From positions 1 through 48,743 of the forward strand of contig JANLTS010000210.1 of the NCBI GenBank assembly GCA_031363045.1: a stretch of DNA of 48,743 bases, read 5' to 3'. The notes beneath the pieces were generated by a model. That model made no database searches and was not told where the DNA came from. It saw only the letters and a program-made list of their open reading frames with translations. Position numbers and translations under genes: made by a program. Positions 48,349 through 48,743 of the stretch are shown one piece after another. Positions within the stretch are counted from its first letter, which is position 1; each line of letters opens with the position of its first letter. Source of the DNA: Hyphomicrobiales bacterium (lineage in GTDB: Bacteria > Pseudomonadota > Alphaproteobacteria > Rhizobiales > Aestuariivirgaceae).

Positions 48349-48743
48349 TCAGTAATGCACCTCCTCGTGGCCGTAGGTGCCTTGATAGTCCCGCCATTCG
48401 ACAAAGACCGAACGGTGCCGGTAGCTGCCGCAACTGGCCGGAATGCCGAAGTCTGAGGCTTCTGGAACAGCGGATATGCTGCTGCGCCTACGGGTGTAGT
48501 CCCCCTGTTCGCCGTAGGTGCCCATGTAGACGGTACCCCAACTATTGCAGTCGCCATCAGAACTGCGGCGCTGCTGGTACGTGATTTCAAACACGCGGAT
48601 TGAACGAACGAAGTCAAAGGCCGCTTCAGAAATGTCGACATCGGCCTGAGCGTCGACAAGGATTGGAGTGGTCGAGACTTGGGGTAGCGACAAGGCTGGC
48701 GGAGGCATATCATCCCGGAATGCGATATCGAAGAGACGCTCAA
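48349..48743 (-). CDS. Hypothetical protein, C-terminal part (5' end beyond the window)
   Basis: Frame is open to the window edge (ERLFDIAFRDDMPPP...GHEEVHY*); protein-like composition, no recognised motif. Confidence 0.5.
   Translation of the reverse strand, partial: ERLFDIAFRDDMPPPALSLPQVSTTPILVDAQADVDISEAAFDFVRSIRVFEITYQQRRSSDGDCNSWGTVYMGTYGEQGDYTRRRSSISAVPEASDFGIPASCGSYRHRSVFVEWRDYQGTYGHEEVHY

Noticed and set aside
1-48743. CRISPR arrays, tRNA or rRNA genes, known defence systems
   Set aside because: No regularly spaced repeats, cloverleaf-like sequences or recognisable defence genes were seen by eye.

Overview
GC-rich accessory DNA, probably from an alphaproteobacterial plasmid or island (inferred from gene content and IS types). 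From left to right: (1) the 5' part of a hydantoinase/oxoprolinase gene with a divergent GntR regulator; (2) a ~22 kb catabolic cluster around a TetR gene (class III aminotransferase, aldehyde dehydrogenase, acetoacetate-decarboxylase-like protein, sugar-type ABC transporter, EthD-like protein, enal reductase, SDRs, three acyl-CoA dehydrogenases, APH-type kinase, CoA ligase, thiolase, MaoC), with a palindromic operator TAGGCCANTGGCCTA at four sites; (3) an IS5 remnant, a decayed SDR split by an intact IS66, and an IS481 whose transposase reads in frame into an enolase-superfamily gene; (4) a probable quaternary-amine cluster with a GlxA/AraC regulator (Rieske oxygenase, choline-dehydrogenase-like GMC enzyme, class II aldolase, betaine-type ABC transporter, esterase); (5) a nest of IS debris (IS5, IS630 inside an IS66 tnpC fragment, IS21 ends, IS1111-type IS110); (6) an HTH, possibly Rep-like, gene and a partial hypothetical gene. 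The strongest signal is the IS1111-type element: its downstream non-coding end folds into a bridge/seekRNA-like structure whose two loop guides (GGGGTCAA and AATTTTGA) spell out the IS21 terminal-repeat sequence in which it sits. It occupies the equivalent position in two IS21 ends. No database searches were run; calls rest on motifs read from the sequence.
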